DNA of 61,072 bases from the NCBI GenBank assembly GCA_043732705.1, contig JAYTHE010000034.1:1-61072 (forward strand), in the 5' to 3' direction. The notes under the pieces are model-generated. The model saw only the letters and a list, made by a program, of their open reading frames with translations, was not told where the DNA came from and ran no database searches. The DNA comes from Candidatus Omnitrophota bacterium (GTDB lineage: Bacteria > Omnitrophota > Omnitrophia > Omnitrophales > Aquincolibacteriaceae). Position numbers and translations under genes: made by a program. Of the stretch, positions 1-9,900 are shown in pieces; within the stretch, counting starts at the first letter, position 1, and each line of letters opens with the position of its first letter.

Positions 1-116
1 GATCCTCCGAGGGTCTAAATAACGCATTCCACCATGCCCAAATGCTGAAGGGGACAATTCACGTGCTAATATCAGGGGACATTTCATTAGCTTATGACAA
101 AATTGTTTTAGGTCTG

Positions 117-144
117 TTGCCGACTGTCTGCTGTCTGTTATAAT
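117..144 (+). promoter_or_regulatory. Candidate sigma70-like promoter: TTGCCG (117-122), 16-nt spacer, TATAAT (139-144). The ATG at 151 lies 7 nt after the -10 element, which suggests a leaderless mRNA.
   Basis: Hexamers read directly from the sequence. There is no Shine-Dalgarno between the -10 and the ATG. Confidence 0.3.
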
Positions 145-150
145 TCTCGC

Positions 151-588
151 ATGTCAATGATTGCTGTTCCCAAAGCCAACGCGATGCTGATTTGTGATTA
201 TGTCATCACGGAACGCGGCACGAATAAAAAAAGCCTGATCGGTGTTTTTGAAAACATCGGCGCGGTTCAATTTCCTTGCACGCATTTCCAGCTCTCTGTT
301 TATATTAAACTGACTGACGCACAGGGGCAGTATCGCTTCCGTCTCGAACTTGTAGATCTCAAAACCGATACCATTACCGGTAAAAGCGAAATGCCCGAAT
401 CCATTTCCATTCTCAACCCTTTGATCACGCATGAGCTTGTTTTTAATTTGAGGGGTTTAAGGTTTCCGCGGGCCGGAGAATATGAATTCCGTATCTTTGC
501 GAATGACCGTATTTTTGGCCAAAAGTCTTTTATCGTGAATGAAATCAAGCCGGATGGACAGGCCCCCGGAACTGAATCTGGGCACTAA
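151..588 (+). CDS. Hypothetical protein, 145 aa, no recognisable motif
   Basis: Clean ORF with protein-like composition. The overlapping minus-strand ORFs are shorter and compositionally poor. Confidence 0.6.
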   Translation: MSMIAVPKANAMLICDYVITERGTNKKSLIGVFENIGAVQFPCTHFQLSVYIKLTDAQGQYRFRLELVDLKTDTITGKSEMPESISILNPLITHELVFNLRGLRFPRAGEYEFRIFANDRIFGQKSFIVNEIKPDGQAPGTESGH

Positions 589-744
589 ATATTCCCTTCT
601 CGACCCCCGGGAGTAGGAAGGACTCGCTGCTTGACCGAGTTGTCACACGAACCTACAATACTCCCACCGCACGCGCGTAACTCGGTCGAGCCCAAAGCTC
701 GGAGCAAAAATGTTACAGAACTTATATGAAATGAAGGAAGTTTT

Positions 745-1698
745 ATGAAAATTTATGACAGCATTGTAGATACGATCGGCAATACACCACTTGTGCGCCT
801 CAAACGCATTACCAAAGGGCTTTCTGCGGATGTTGTTTTGAAGCTTGAATTCTTTAACCCGATGGCCAGCGTGAAAGACCGCATCGGCGCGAATATGATC
901 GAAGATGCCGAGAAAAAAGGCTTAATCAATAAAGACTCTGTCATTATTGAGCCGACAAGCGGTAATACGGGTATCGCGCTCGCGTTTGTTTGCGCCGCGA
1001 AAGGTTATAAACTTATTTTGACTATGCCGGAAACGATGAGCATTGAACGTCGTTTGCTGCTTAAACTTTTGGGCGCGGATTTGGTCTTAACTCCCGGTGC
1101 AGAAGGCATGAAGGGCGCAATCGCAAAAGCCGAACAGCTTCTCAAAGAAACCAAGAATGGTTTTATTCCCCAGCAATTTAAAAATCCCGCGAACCCTGAA
1201 ATTCACCGCAAAACCACAGCGGAAGAAATTTGGAAAGATACGGACGGTAAAGTGGATATTTTAATTTCCGGCGTCGGAACCGGCGGAACAATCACCGGTG
1301 TCGCCGAAGTCATTAAGTCGCGCAAGCCCTCATTTAAGGCGATTGCGGTTGAGCCGAAAGAATCGCAGGTTCTGGCGGGCTGTGCGCCGGGCAAACATAA
1401 AATTCAAGGTATTGGCGCGGGTTTTGTTCCCGATGTTTTAAATACCAAATTGATCGATGAAATTGTGCCGGTTACCAGCGAAGAGTCCATCGTCATGGCA
1501 AAACGTTTGGCGCGTGAAGAAGGCGTGCTTTGCGGTATTTCTTCGGGAGCTGCGGTGCACGCGGCGGTTCAGGTCGCCTCACGTCCTGAAAATAAAGGCA
1601 AACTGATAGTGGTCATCATTCCGAGTTTCGGTGAAAGATACCTGAGCACTGTTTTAACAGATGAGTTTCGTCAGCAGGTTGCCTCAGCAACGGCATGA
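745..1698 (+). CDS. cysK: Cysteine synthase A (O-acetylserine sulfhydrylase), PLP-dependent
   Basis: Typical CysK sequence: [18 protein letters not shown] (PLP lysine), [36 protein letters not shown] upstream of the ATG. Confidence 0.95.
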   Translation: MKIYDSIVDTIGNTPLVRLKRITKGLSADVVLKLEFFNPMASVKDRIGANMIEDAEKKGLINKDSVIIEPTSGNTGIALAFVCAAKGYKLILTMPETMSIERRLLLKLLGADLVLTPGAEGMKGAIAKAEQLLKETKNGFIPQQFKNPANPEIHRKTTAEEIWKDTDGKVDILISGVGTGGTITGVAEVIKSRKPSFKAIAVEPKESQVLAGCAPGKHKIQGIGAGFVPDVLNTKLIDEIVPVTSEESIVMAKRLAREEGVLCGISSGAAVHAAVQVASRPENKGKLIVVIIPSFGERYLSTVLTDEFRQQVASATA

Positions 1699-1725
1699 GC
1701 CAGATGCGAATCAATTGATTATTTG

Positions 1726-1760
1726 AACCCCGAGGAGCAGTCCTCGGGGTTCTTTGCTTT
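1726..1760 (+). terminator. Rho-independent terminator after cysK
   Basis: Perfect 11-bp stem aaccccgagga / tcctcggggtt, loop gcag, followed by the T-rich ctttgcttt. Confidence 0.7.
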
Positions 1761-1809
1761 CTATAACATATTGTTATTCTCGATGAAGCTCGAATAACAT
1801 GAGGACAAA

Positions 1810-2376
1810 ATGCGCAAAGAAGCGTTGGTGATTTTAGCGGAAGGTTTTGAGGAAGTTGAGGCCGTGACGCCGGTTGATGTTTTGCGGCGTGCGGGGGTTA
1901 ATGTAGTTATGGCGGGTCTTGCTTCGAAAAATGTGCGCGGCTCGCGCCGTGTTGTTTATATTGCCGATATGCTCTTGTCGGAATATCAGGAGAATCCGGA
2001 TATTTTAATTTTGCCGGGAGGAGTGAAGGGCGCGGAAAACCTGCATCATTCCGCTCAGGTGACGCATTGGGTTAACCGTATGAATGATTCAAAGAAGTGG
2101 ATTGCAGCTATCTGCGCGGCTCCCGCCGCGGTATTGGCCCCAACCGGAGTGTTGGATGGAATTTCCGCGACTTGCTACCCGGGTTATGAAAAAGGCTGGG
2201 GCGCTTTAATTCAACATCAGAATCGAACCGTGGTTGTTGACCGCAATGTAATTACGAGCCAGGGTCCTGGAACAGCGCTTGATTTTTCATTTACGATTAT
2301 TGAAAAGCTTTTTGACCGCGCGATTGCGATTGATTTGGCGCAAAAAATGGTTTACTCCTACGCGGGCATTCCATGA
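1810..2376 (+). CDS. DJ-1/PfpI (ThiJ) family protein
   Basis: Start of the protein resembles DJ-1 (ALVILAEGFEEVE). Nucleophile-elbow AAICAAP and ITSQGPGTA motifs are present. Confidence 0.85.
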   Translation: MRKEALVILAEGFEEVEAVTPVDVLRRAGVNVVMAGLASKNVRGSRRVVYIADMLLSEYQENPDILILPGGVKGAENLHHSAQVTHWVNRMNDSKKWIAAICAAPAAVLAPTGVLDGISATCYPGYEKGWGALIQHQNRTVVVDRNVITSQGPGTALDFSFTIIEKLFDRAIAIDLAQKMVYSYAGIP

Positions 2377-2879
2377 AATCTTTCGAGATTGAGCAAAAAT
2401 ACCGCTGCCGCGATTTATCAAAAGTAAGGAAAAAATTAATCACGCTGAAGGCTAAATTGATTAATCAGGGCTTTGAACAAAATGAACTTTGGGACGTGTG
2501 CGGCAAACTCGCGCGTCAAAAATCTGTTCTGAGATTACGCCGTCACGGAAAAACCGTGGAGCTCACTTTTAAAGGCCCAAGATTGAAATCAAAATATTCA
2601 AAAAGAATTGAACTTCAGACGCATGCTGAATACGCGCCCACAAAAGCTATTTTGACGGCCTTGGGATATCGTGTCGTAAGGAAATATTCCAAAAAAAGAG
2701 AAGTGTATCAATGGGGGAAATTAATGGTGACGCTTGATGCTTTGCCGCACCTTGGCACCTTTGTTGAGCTGGAGGGATCGGTCCGAGATATTGCTCGTGC
2801 CGCCGCGCAGCTTGGGATTTCTGACCAGGATCGTGAAGAGCGTTCTTATCTTGCGATGCTGTTTAACCAACGGGGGTAA
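2373..2879 (+). CDS. CYTH-domain protein (class IV adenylate cyclase / triphosphatase family)
   Basis: N-terminal EIEQKY (the CYTH ExExK signature). The start ATG overlaps the upstream stop (ATGA). Confidence 0.8.
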   Translation: MKSFEIEQKYRCRDLSKVRKKLITLKAKLINQGFEQNELWDVCGKLARQKSVLRLRRHGKTVELTFKGPRLKSKYSKRIELQTHAEYAPTKAILTALGYRVVRKYSKKREVYQWGKLMVTLDALPHLGTFVELEGSVRDIARAAAQLGISDQDREERSYLAMLFNQRG

Positions 2880-2880
2880 T

Positions 2881-3171
2881 GTGAAAAAATTGACGCAAGA
2901 AGAAGTTCAAAAAAAGATAAAAACCGCCGGGCTGTGGCAGCTTGATCCCAAGCATTTAGCGATTCAAAAAGACTTTAAATTTGAAAATTTTACGGATGCG
3001 GTTTGCTTTTTAAATAAGGTCGCGGAAATCGCCGAAGAAGAAGATCATCACCCTGATTTCCATTTAACGAACTATAAATTTTTAAAAATTGTACTTTCTA
3101 CGCATGCGGCGGGCGGCTTAACGAATAGAGATTTTTTGGTGGCGCACAAAATCGATGAGGTGGCGGCATGA
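2881..3171 (+). CDS. 4a-hydroxytetrahydrobiopterin (pterin-4-alpha-carbinolamine) dehydratase
   Basis: The sequence FENFTDAVCFLNKVAEIAEEEDHHPDFHLTNYKFLKIVLSTHAAGGLT is the PCD core, including the HHPD motif. GTG start at 2881 sits 1 nt after the CYTH stop and has a GGGGG RBS. Confidence 0.85.
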   Translation: MKKLTQEEVQKKIKTAGLWQLDPKHLAIQKDFKFENFTDAVCFLNKVAEIAEEEDHHPDFHLTNYKFLKIVLSTHAAGGLTNRDFLVAHKIDEVAA

Positions 3172-3554
3172 AAAAACGCATTCTTGTGATTGATGATGAT
3201 CCTTTGGTGCGGAGATCGCTTCAAATGTTATTGAATCAGGCGGGGTATATTGTAGACTCCGCCGCGGATGGAATGCAGGGTTTAGAAAAACTTCCCGCCG
3301 GGCATTTCGACCTGGTGATGACCGATGTGCGTATGCCCGGCATGGACGGCTTTGCGGTCCTTCGCGCCATTCGCGAATATTGCGCGGCTGAGCACCGGCC
3401 GCCTTTTACGGAAGTTGTTTTGACCGGATTTAACGACGTGCATGCGCTTGAATCCGCGCAAAGTCTCGGGATTAAACATTTCGTTCTGAAGCCGTTTGAT
3501 ACTGACGAGTTGTTGGACGAAGTTCACCGGCTTTTAGAGGGATCGGCCGCTTAG
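3168..3554 (+). CDS. Single-domain response regulator (CheY-like receiver)
   Basis: ILVIDDD, the phospho-acceptor context DLVMTDVRMPGMDG, and the conserved K in LKPF. ATGA overlap with the upstream stop. Confidence 0.85.
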   Translation: MKKRILVIDDDPLVRRSLQMLLNQAGYIVDSAADGMQGLEKLPAGHFDLVMTDVRMPGMDGFAVLRAIREYCAAEHRPPFTEVVLTGFNDVHALESAQSLGIKHFVLKPFDTDELLDEVHRLLEGSAA

Positions 3555-3597
3555 ATTCTCGTTGCTCCAGCGGGGCGGTTAGGCTAAGATTTCTCCT

Positions 3598-3948
3598 ATG
3601 AAAAAGCGGGATTTAGATTTTGAGATCTCCTTCTTTGGGGGGATTGTCCGGCGGCGTCCGGATTATATCGAAGCGTTGATTCCTTTGGCGGAAGCCTATA
3701 CCCGAAAGGGCTTGCGCGAGCAGGGCTTGCGTATTGATCAGCGGCTTTCCCGTCTTTGCAAAGACGACCCGATTGTTTATTACAATCTTGCCTGCAGTTT
3801 AGCTTTGGCGGACCGCGCGGCCGAAGCGCTGAAAGCTTTGCACAAATCCATTCGCTTGGGTTACCGTGATTTTGCCTACATGAAAAAAGACCCCGACCTC
3901 AATTCTTTGTCCGCTCATCCTGAATTCAAAAAGATGCTTCGGGCGTGA
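3598..3948 (+). CDS. Small TPR-like protein (TPR end-of-group type helical repeat)
   Basis: YYNLACSLALADRAAEALKALHKSIRLGY...DPDLNSLSAHPEFKKML matches the C-terminal capping pattern of TPR arrays. Confidence 0.55.
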   Translation: MKKRDLDFEISFFGGIVRRRPDYIEALIPLAEAYTRKGLREQGLRIDQRLSRLCKDDPIVYYNLACSLALADRAAEALKALHKSIRLGYRDFAYMKKDPDLNSLSAHPEFKKMLRA

Positions 3949-3973
3949 TCAATACTTCTTTCCGCTCGTCTTT

Positions 3974-5062
3974 ATGAAAACACGAAAAATTAAGAAAAAC
4001 AAACGCGCTGGCAGTGTTGTCGCTGAAATAAGCACGATCGAAAGAAACGCGATCGAATTGCTGCGTTTTATCAAAGAGCGCGGCGCTCAATTTTCTCCGC
4101 TTTTGATTATGACACACAATTATCCCGATCCGGACGCGCTCGCGACTGCGGCTGCGCTGGCCTATCTCGCTGAGCAGGGTGCGCGCGTTAAGTCACGGAT
4201 TGTTTACGGCGGCAGTATCGGGCGTGGTGAAAATAAGGCGATGGTGCGGCATTTACGCATGCCTGTTTTTAAGCTCAAAAAATCAGACCTTAAAAAATAT
4301 GCGCATGTGGCATTGATTGATACTCAGCCTAATTTTGAAAATCACTCCTGTCCGCCCCGCAAGCATGTGACGATGGTGATCGACCAGCATCCTTCCATGA
4401 AAAAGCCCGAGGCGGATTTAGCGATTGTGAATCCTGATTGCGGAGCGACCAGCATTATCGTGACCAAGGCGCTTTTACTTGCGGGGCTTGAAATTCCCAA
4501 GCGCATCGCGACCGCACTAGTGTATGGGATTCTTTCGGATACGCAAGACCTTCATCGCGTTGAGAATCATGAAGTGATCGAAACCTATCTCGATATTCTT
4601 CCTTATTGCGATATGCGGATTTTAACTAAAATTCAAAACCCCGCGAAGTCGCTGACTTTTTTTAAGACATTGCGTTACGCGCTGAGCCAGGCCCAACTTT
4701 GCCGCGGGCTTGTGATGGTTCATTTGGGCTTTATTCCGCATCCTGATTTAGTGTCGGAAATTGCCGATTTTATTTTAGGCTCGAACGTTGCGACACGCGC
4801 GCTTTGCACGGGACGTTACCTTGATAAGCTGCATATTTCATTTCGAACCCGCCGGCCGGCGGATGATGCGCCTAAAATTTTGCGCGGCGCGGTGGAAGAC
4901 CCCGGTCAGGCAGGCGGGCATGATTCGATCGCGGGCGGCAATATAAAAGTGTCTTCGGATAGCCATTCGCCGCTTTGGCGTGAAAAAGAAAATAAATTAA
5001 CAAAAAGACTGCTTAAGCAATTGAAGATTCCGTCCGGGCAGGGTTTTTCCGCGGCTTTTTGA
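3974..5062 (+). CDS. DHH/DHHA1 family phosphoesterase (NrnA-like)
   Basis: HNYPDPDALATA (DHH motif I/II region), DQHP (DHH), and the C-terminal GGHDSIAGG (DHHA1 GGGH-type motif). Confidence 0.8.
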   Translation: MKTRKIKKNKRAGSVVAEISTIERNAIELLRFIKERGAQFSPLLIMTHNYPDPDALATAAALAYLAEQGARVKSRIVYGGSIGRGENKAMVRHLRMPVFKLKKSDLKKYAHVALIDTQPNFENHSCPPRKHVTMVIDQHPSMKKPEADLAIVNPDCGATSIIVTKALLLAGLEIPKRIATALVYGILSDTQDLHRVENHEVIETYLDILPYCDMRILTKIQNPAKSLTFFKTLRYALSQAQLCRGLVMVHLGFIPHPDLVSEIADFILGSNVATRALCTGRYLDKLHISFRTRRPADDAPKILRGAVEDPGQAGGHDSIAGGNIKVSSDSHSPLWREKENKLTKRLLKQLKIPSGQGFSAAF

Positions 5063-5112
5063 TGGAAATTAAAGGTTCTCAAAATACTATTAATTATGCC
5101 GAAATATAAGGT

Positions 5113-6861
5113 ATGATTTGTACCTATATGAATCGATTTAGCTCGGCCGGAAAGACATATTTACTCCGCCTATTTTTTTTTGGCGCTCTTACCGTTCTTC
5201 TTTTTCTGAGTACTGAGGCTCAAGCCGATAACAATAATGTTCGCCTGCCTGGAGGAGCATCCGCGGAAGTGATGGATGCTCAAATTCAAGAAAAAATGCG
5301 GGAAGAAAACAACCGCATTTCTACTCCTCAAAAAGTGACAATCGAGCAAGACGAAAAAAAAGCCCCCGCCATTGATTCCCGGCCTTTTTATGTAAAACAC
5401 ATCGCTCTTTCCGGCGATTTAATCATTCCCGAAGCGGAATACCTTCCGATTCTTAAATCTTACGAGGGGCGCGAATTGACGTTCAAAGATGTGCGCGATT
5501 TGATGGATAAAATAGAAGCCGTTTTTCGTGAGAAAGGTTACCTTGCGGTAGTGTCGCTGCCTCCGCAAAAGCTCGAGGCGCAGGAAATTAAAATGGAGTT
5601 GATTATCTCGCGCATGGGCGAGCTTACGGTGGAAGGCAACCGGTGGTTTAACGAACGTTTGGTCCGCCGGTATTGGAATATTCCGGCGGGGGAATATTTA
5701 AGATACGACGGTATTCGCGCGGCCGCCATAAAGATGAGCGGGAATCCGGACCGCCTTGTGCGGCCGGTTTTAAAGGCCGGAAAAGAAAAGCGAACGACGG
5801 ATATTGTTTTAAAAGTTGAAGATCATTTTCCGGGCCACGCCGATTTTACTTTTGATAATCAAGGCGTAAAGTTAACGGGTGAAAAGCGGCTTGGGTTTAT
5901 GGTAAGGCATAATAATTTTCTCGGACTCGACGACACCCTTTTAGTGGGGACATCATTCGGGTTGATCGGAAGATTTGGCGCATTATTCGCGAACTATGTG
6001 GTGCCGATTTCGCAGTTCGGCACTTCGTTTACTGCGAATTACAGCCATGCTCAAGTTAATCCAAAAAAAGAATTTGCGAGCCTCGGTATTAACAGCGTTT
6101 CCGATACCTACGGTGTTGGTTTGAAGCAGGATCTTTTTCAAACTGAGCATTTTTCAGCCAATCTGAATACCAACTTTAATTTTAAAGAAAAACATACGCG
6201 TATTTTGAGCGTAGTGACTTCTTGGGATAAAGAACGCGTATTGGATTTTGGCGGTTCCTTGCAGGAACGTGATTTTTTAGGTGGGACAAGTCTTGTTCAA
6301 GCGGTTTCATTTGGAATGCCTAACCGCGGTGATGGTTATCCGTTGGCATCACGCGGAGGCGAACATTCCTTTTTTAAATACCACGCGAATCTTTCACGCC
6401 AGCTTGTGTTGCCATGGAAAACTTATTTCTTGGCAAACGGGGAACTTCAACTTTCACCCGACCGGCTTTTGCCGCAGGAGCAGATTTTTATGGGTGGGGC
6501 GGAAAGTGTGCGCGGTTACCCTGAAAGTGATTATGGCGCGGATCAGGGCGCAATTTTGCAGTTGGAGTATTGGATTCCCACCAACTTTTTCCCTGAAACT
6601 TGGCATTTGCCGTACGACAAAACCGCCATTCGTAACCGGTTAAAGTTTCTCGCTTTTTTTGACCAGGGTTATGGCCGCGTTCGCAGTCCAACGAGTAGCG
6701 AGTTGAAATCAAGCTATCTCGTGGGTACCGGCTTTGGCGGTGATTTTGCTTTCCGTGATAATCTTTCGCTCCGCATTGAGTGGGGTTTTCGACTTGGAGA
6801 CCGCCCCGCAACTGAAGGCGGCGATAACCAGCTTCACTTCCGTCTCCGCTCCGGCATCTAA
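5113..6861 (+). CDS. ShlB/FhaC/HecB-type outer-membrane transporter (TpsB) of a two-partner secretion pair
   Basis: N-terminal signal-like segment. POTRA-like region (FYVKHIALSGDLIIPEAE..., LTVEGNRWF). C-terminal beta-barrel with alternating aromatic pattern and the FMGGAESVRGY motif. Sits directly upstream of a TPS-domain protein. Start could also be the ATG at 5128. Confidence 0.8.
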   Translation: MICTYMNRFSSAGKTYLLRLFFFGALTVLLFLSTEAQADNNNVRLPGGASAEVMDAQIQEKMREENNRISTPQKVTIEQDEKKAPAIDSRPFYVKHIALSGDLIIPEAEYLPILKSYEGRELTFKDVRDLMDKIEAVFREKGYLAVVSLPPQKLEAQEIKMELIISRMGELTVEGNRWFNERLVRRYWNIPAGEYLRYDGIRAAAIKMSGNPDRLVRPVLKAGKEKRTTDIVLKVEDHFPGHADFTFDNQGVKLTGEKRLGFMVRHNNFLGLDDTLLVGTSFGLIGRFGALFANYVVPISQFGTSFTANYSHAQVNPKKEFASLGINSVSDTYGVGLKQDLFQTEHFSANLNTNFNFKEKHTRILSVVTSWDKERVLDFGGSLQERDFLGGTSLVQAVSFGMPNRGDGYPLASRGGEHSFFKYHANLSRQLVLPWKTYFLANGELQLSPDRLLPQEQIFMGGAESVRGYPESDYGADQGAILQLEYWIPTNFFPETWHLPYDKTAIRNRLKFLAFFDQGYGRVRSPTSSELKSSYLVGTGFGGDFAFRDNLSLRIEWGFRLGDRPATEGGDNQLHFRLRSGI

Positions 6862-6975
6862 GCTTCCTCAATACGTTCCCTAAATAGGCATTTATCACTA
6901 ATAATGCTATAAATTACTATTCAAAGATAGTATTGGGATGCATTTGACCTGTTATATTTTAAGCAGGAAAAGTGT

Positions 6976-9900
6976 ATGCAAAATAAACAGGCTCGCTCTA
7001 CAAACAGGTTTTTAAGCTGTTGCACAATCATCGTTTTTTTTGTGTTCAGCGTGCTGCCCTTTCCCGGTTATGCCGAGGAGTGGAATGGCATCGACCGTAC
7101 TATCGGTGAAAATGGCAGCGTGATTTATACCGCAAACGGAGACCACACGATTGATTTGGATGCCTTCGATCAAGGCGCAACGGATCATTGGCAGTTTAAT
7201 CTGAACGGAAGTTTATTTTTTAATATTACAGGCTCAGGCGCCACAACCTGGAGCGGTAAGACGGATGTGTTCGGAGGATTGCTGGGACTTTTTAACAAGA
7301 ACGGAGTGCATTTCACAAGCGGTTCAGAAATTAATTTACACAATGCGGATTTCATCGGAGCGGCGCTGAAATCAGTGGATGGCATGCATTTTAAAGGCTA
7401 TGAGGGTGAAGGCGATAACAAAGTATTCTCAGGCGGGTATTTATTGAATGAAGGCAAGATCAGCGGAACAGGCAATGTGGGATTACTTGGCCGGGCCGTA
7501 GAGAACAAAGGCACGATTGATTTGCCTGCGAATAAAATTCATTTAGCCGCAGGTGATGCAATGACCGTTGGGTTGAGCGGTGATAATTTGGTGTCAGTCG
7601 TGGTGGATGAAGCTACGAGTTCAAGTGTGAAAGATTTTGAAAACAATACGCTGACAGATCAAATCAAAAACAGCGGCAAGATCACCGGACACAAAATCCG
7701 GCTGGACGCGAAGGGCGTGGATTCTGTTTTTGAAAAGGCCATCAACCTTTCCGGTGAAGTCAGAGCTGTGGATGTGGATGCGAATGACAAAGGCGAAATT
7801 GTAATGCTGTCGATGGATGATATTTATAGCAAAGCGATTTTGGATGCCTCCAAAATTTATATTCGTGCCGGTGCCGGCAATATTAAAACTTTGGGAGTTT
7901 TGCGTGCGCAAGAATTGGATGAGCAAGGCGGCAGTTTTGGAATCGGCGGTATTTACCATGTCGGGAAATCTCAACATAAAAATTTAGATCACGCTCTGAC
8001 CTATGAATATGACACGAATGTTTCCGGGCTTATTGACGATACGGATGACATTCGAATTAATTCCGGCGTGACCTTGACTCTTGATGCCGGCACTTACTTC
8101 AGCACGGGCGGCAATTTCTTAATGAGTTCCGGCGGGGTTATTGATGCGAGAGGTTATGACTTGGGTATCGCGACACACAATTACTATGGTAATACGCTTG
8201 GAAACATTGTGAATGCCGGCCGGGTGACTTTGGGTGGTCAGGGTGGCTCAAACGTATTTTATGGCGGAGGGCAAATTGTCGCGGCCGGAGATTTAATTTA
8301 TACGGGTCTTTCCAGTGCAAATATTACGATTACGAACGGACATGTTTTTCATAGTCTTGGATTGGACACATACAATAGTTTTGGCGGTGATGCGGTCGGG
8401 CGCATTGATGGTGATGGCAGCTTAACGGTTACGAGCGATCAAAATTTAGAAGTTACAACCCTTGTCAGTGGTTCAGCTGGGACCAACGTAATCTTTAACG
8501 GGTCCGGTTCAACTAAAGTTGATTATGGAATTAATAATAACGGAGGAACGGTTGTAAAAAATGGAACGGGAACATTGGAGGTTCTAAACTCAGCAACAAA
8601 TGGCGGAGTAACCAATGTAAATGTCGGCACGTTAATTTTTGATGGTCCTGGAATCGGTTCGGGTTTTGTTGTTGCCAATGGAGCATCGTTAGTTTACAGC
8701 GGATCGAGTAATTTTGGCGGTCCCACGATACCGATTACGATTAATGGTATGGGGGTAGGATCGGCCGGAGCCTTTCGCCAAACCGGTTATGGGAATTATG
8801 GCTACAACGGTGTGATTACTTTGGGAAGTTCAGCTGCGATTGGGGCCGGAATTTTAAGCAGTAGTGCAAGAATTACCGGAGGCAGTAATTACAATTTGAC
8901 CAAAGTCGGATCGGGAACACTCAATTGGCAGGGATCCGGAGGGATTGACATCGGAGGAGACTTAATTGTTTCGGCCGGGACATTTTTTGGTGCCGGTGTT
9001 AATAACTCCAATATCGTTATTCGCGGTGGGGATGTTACAGGCAATGGAATCATCAATGTGATTTACGGAAAATTTATTGTGAGTGGTACTGGGAACTTTG
9101 GCGGCAATACCAACTGGTCATTTCAGAACCTCACCTTCGGAGACGGCACCAATACTGGAGTTACCACAAAAACCGGCAATAACGCGATCACTGTTTTCGG
9201 CAATCTAGAAATTAAAAATCATGAGACGTTAAATGCCTCAAGTAGTACTTGGAATGTAGATAGAAACTGGACTAATGCTGGAACCTTTAATGGCGGAACA
9301 AGCACGGTCAATTTAACCAGACTGGACTTGTGCTGCGGCGGTAATACCGATCAGACCCTAACAAGCGGCTCGGGAAATTTTTATAATTTAAGACACACAG
9401 GCACCTCAAGAGTTACGCTAAAGGACAACTTGCTGGTTTCACATGACTTTCTTAACTCGAACGGAACTTTTGATGCGACCCAAAAAACAGTGACTGTGAA
9501 TGGTAATTTTTCCGTCACGGGAGGTAATTTTACCAACGCTTACGGGGGGAGTACGAGTGTGGGCGGCAATTTAAATTTGGGTGAGTACGGAAGTTTTAAT
9601 AGTTCGCGCGTGGATATTGCCGGTACGGTTGTTAACTCTCAAATCTATAACTCGTTTCAAAGATACATCAACATGGGGATAATGTCTTTTCATGACGGCA
9701 GTCTCAAAGATTTTCGGGTTGATACATCGCATTTGTTTGACGGGATTCGGCGGGCCCGCGATTTGAACGCGATGAATCTTTTTAACCATAAAAAACAATT
9801 GAATGCACAATCAATCACGGATGATATTTTAAGCCAATATGATTTTAAAAAGAAAAAGCTTAGCAGCGGAATCAATGAAATCATCGCGCAATCTCAAGAT

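Noticed and set aside
2734-2880. Upstream extension of the PCD gene (ORF track start 2734)
   Set aside because: It would overlap the CYTH gene by 146 nt in another frame. The conserved PCD sequence begins right after the GTG at 2881, which also has an RBS.
6281-6898. ORFs 6281-6643 (+) and 6488-6898 (-) overlapping the 3' part of the TpsB gene
   Set aside because: These are alternative frames or the antisense strand of a well-supported beta-barrel coding frame. Their translations are Cys/Arg/His-rich and not protein-like.
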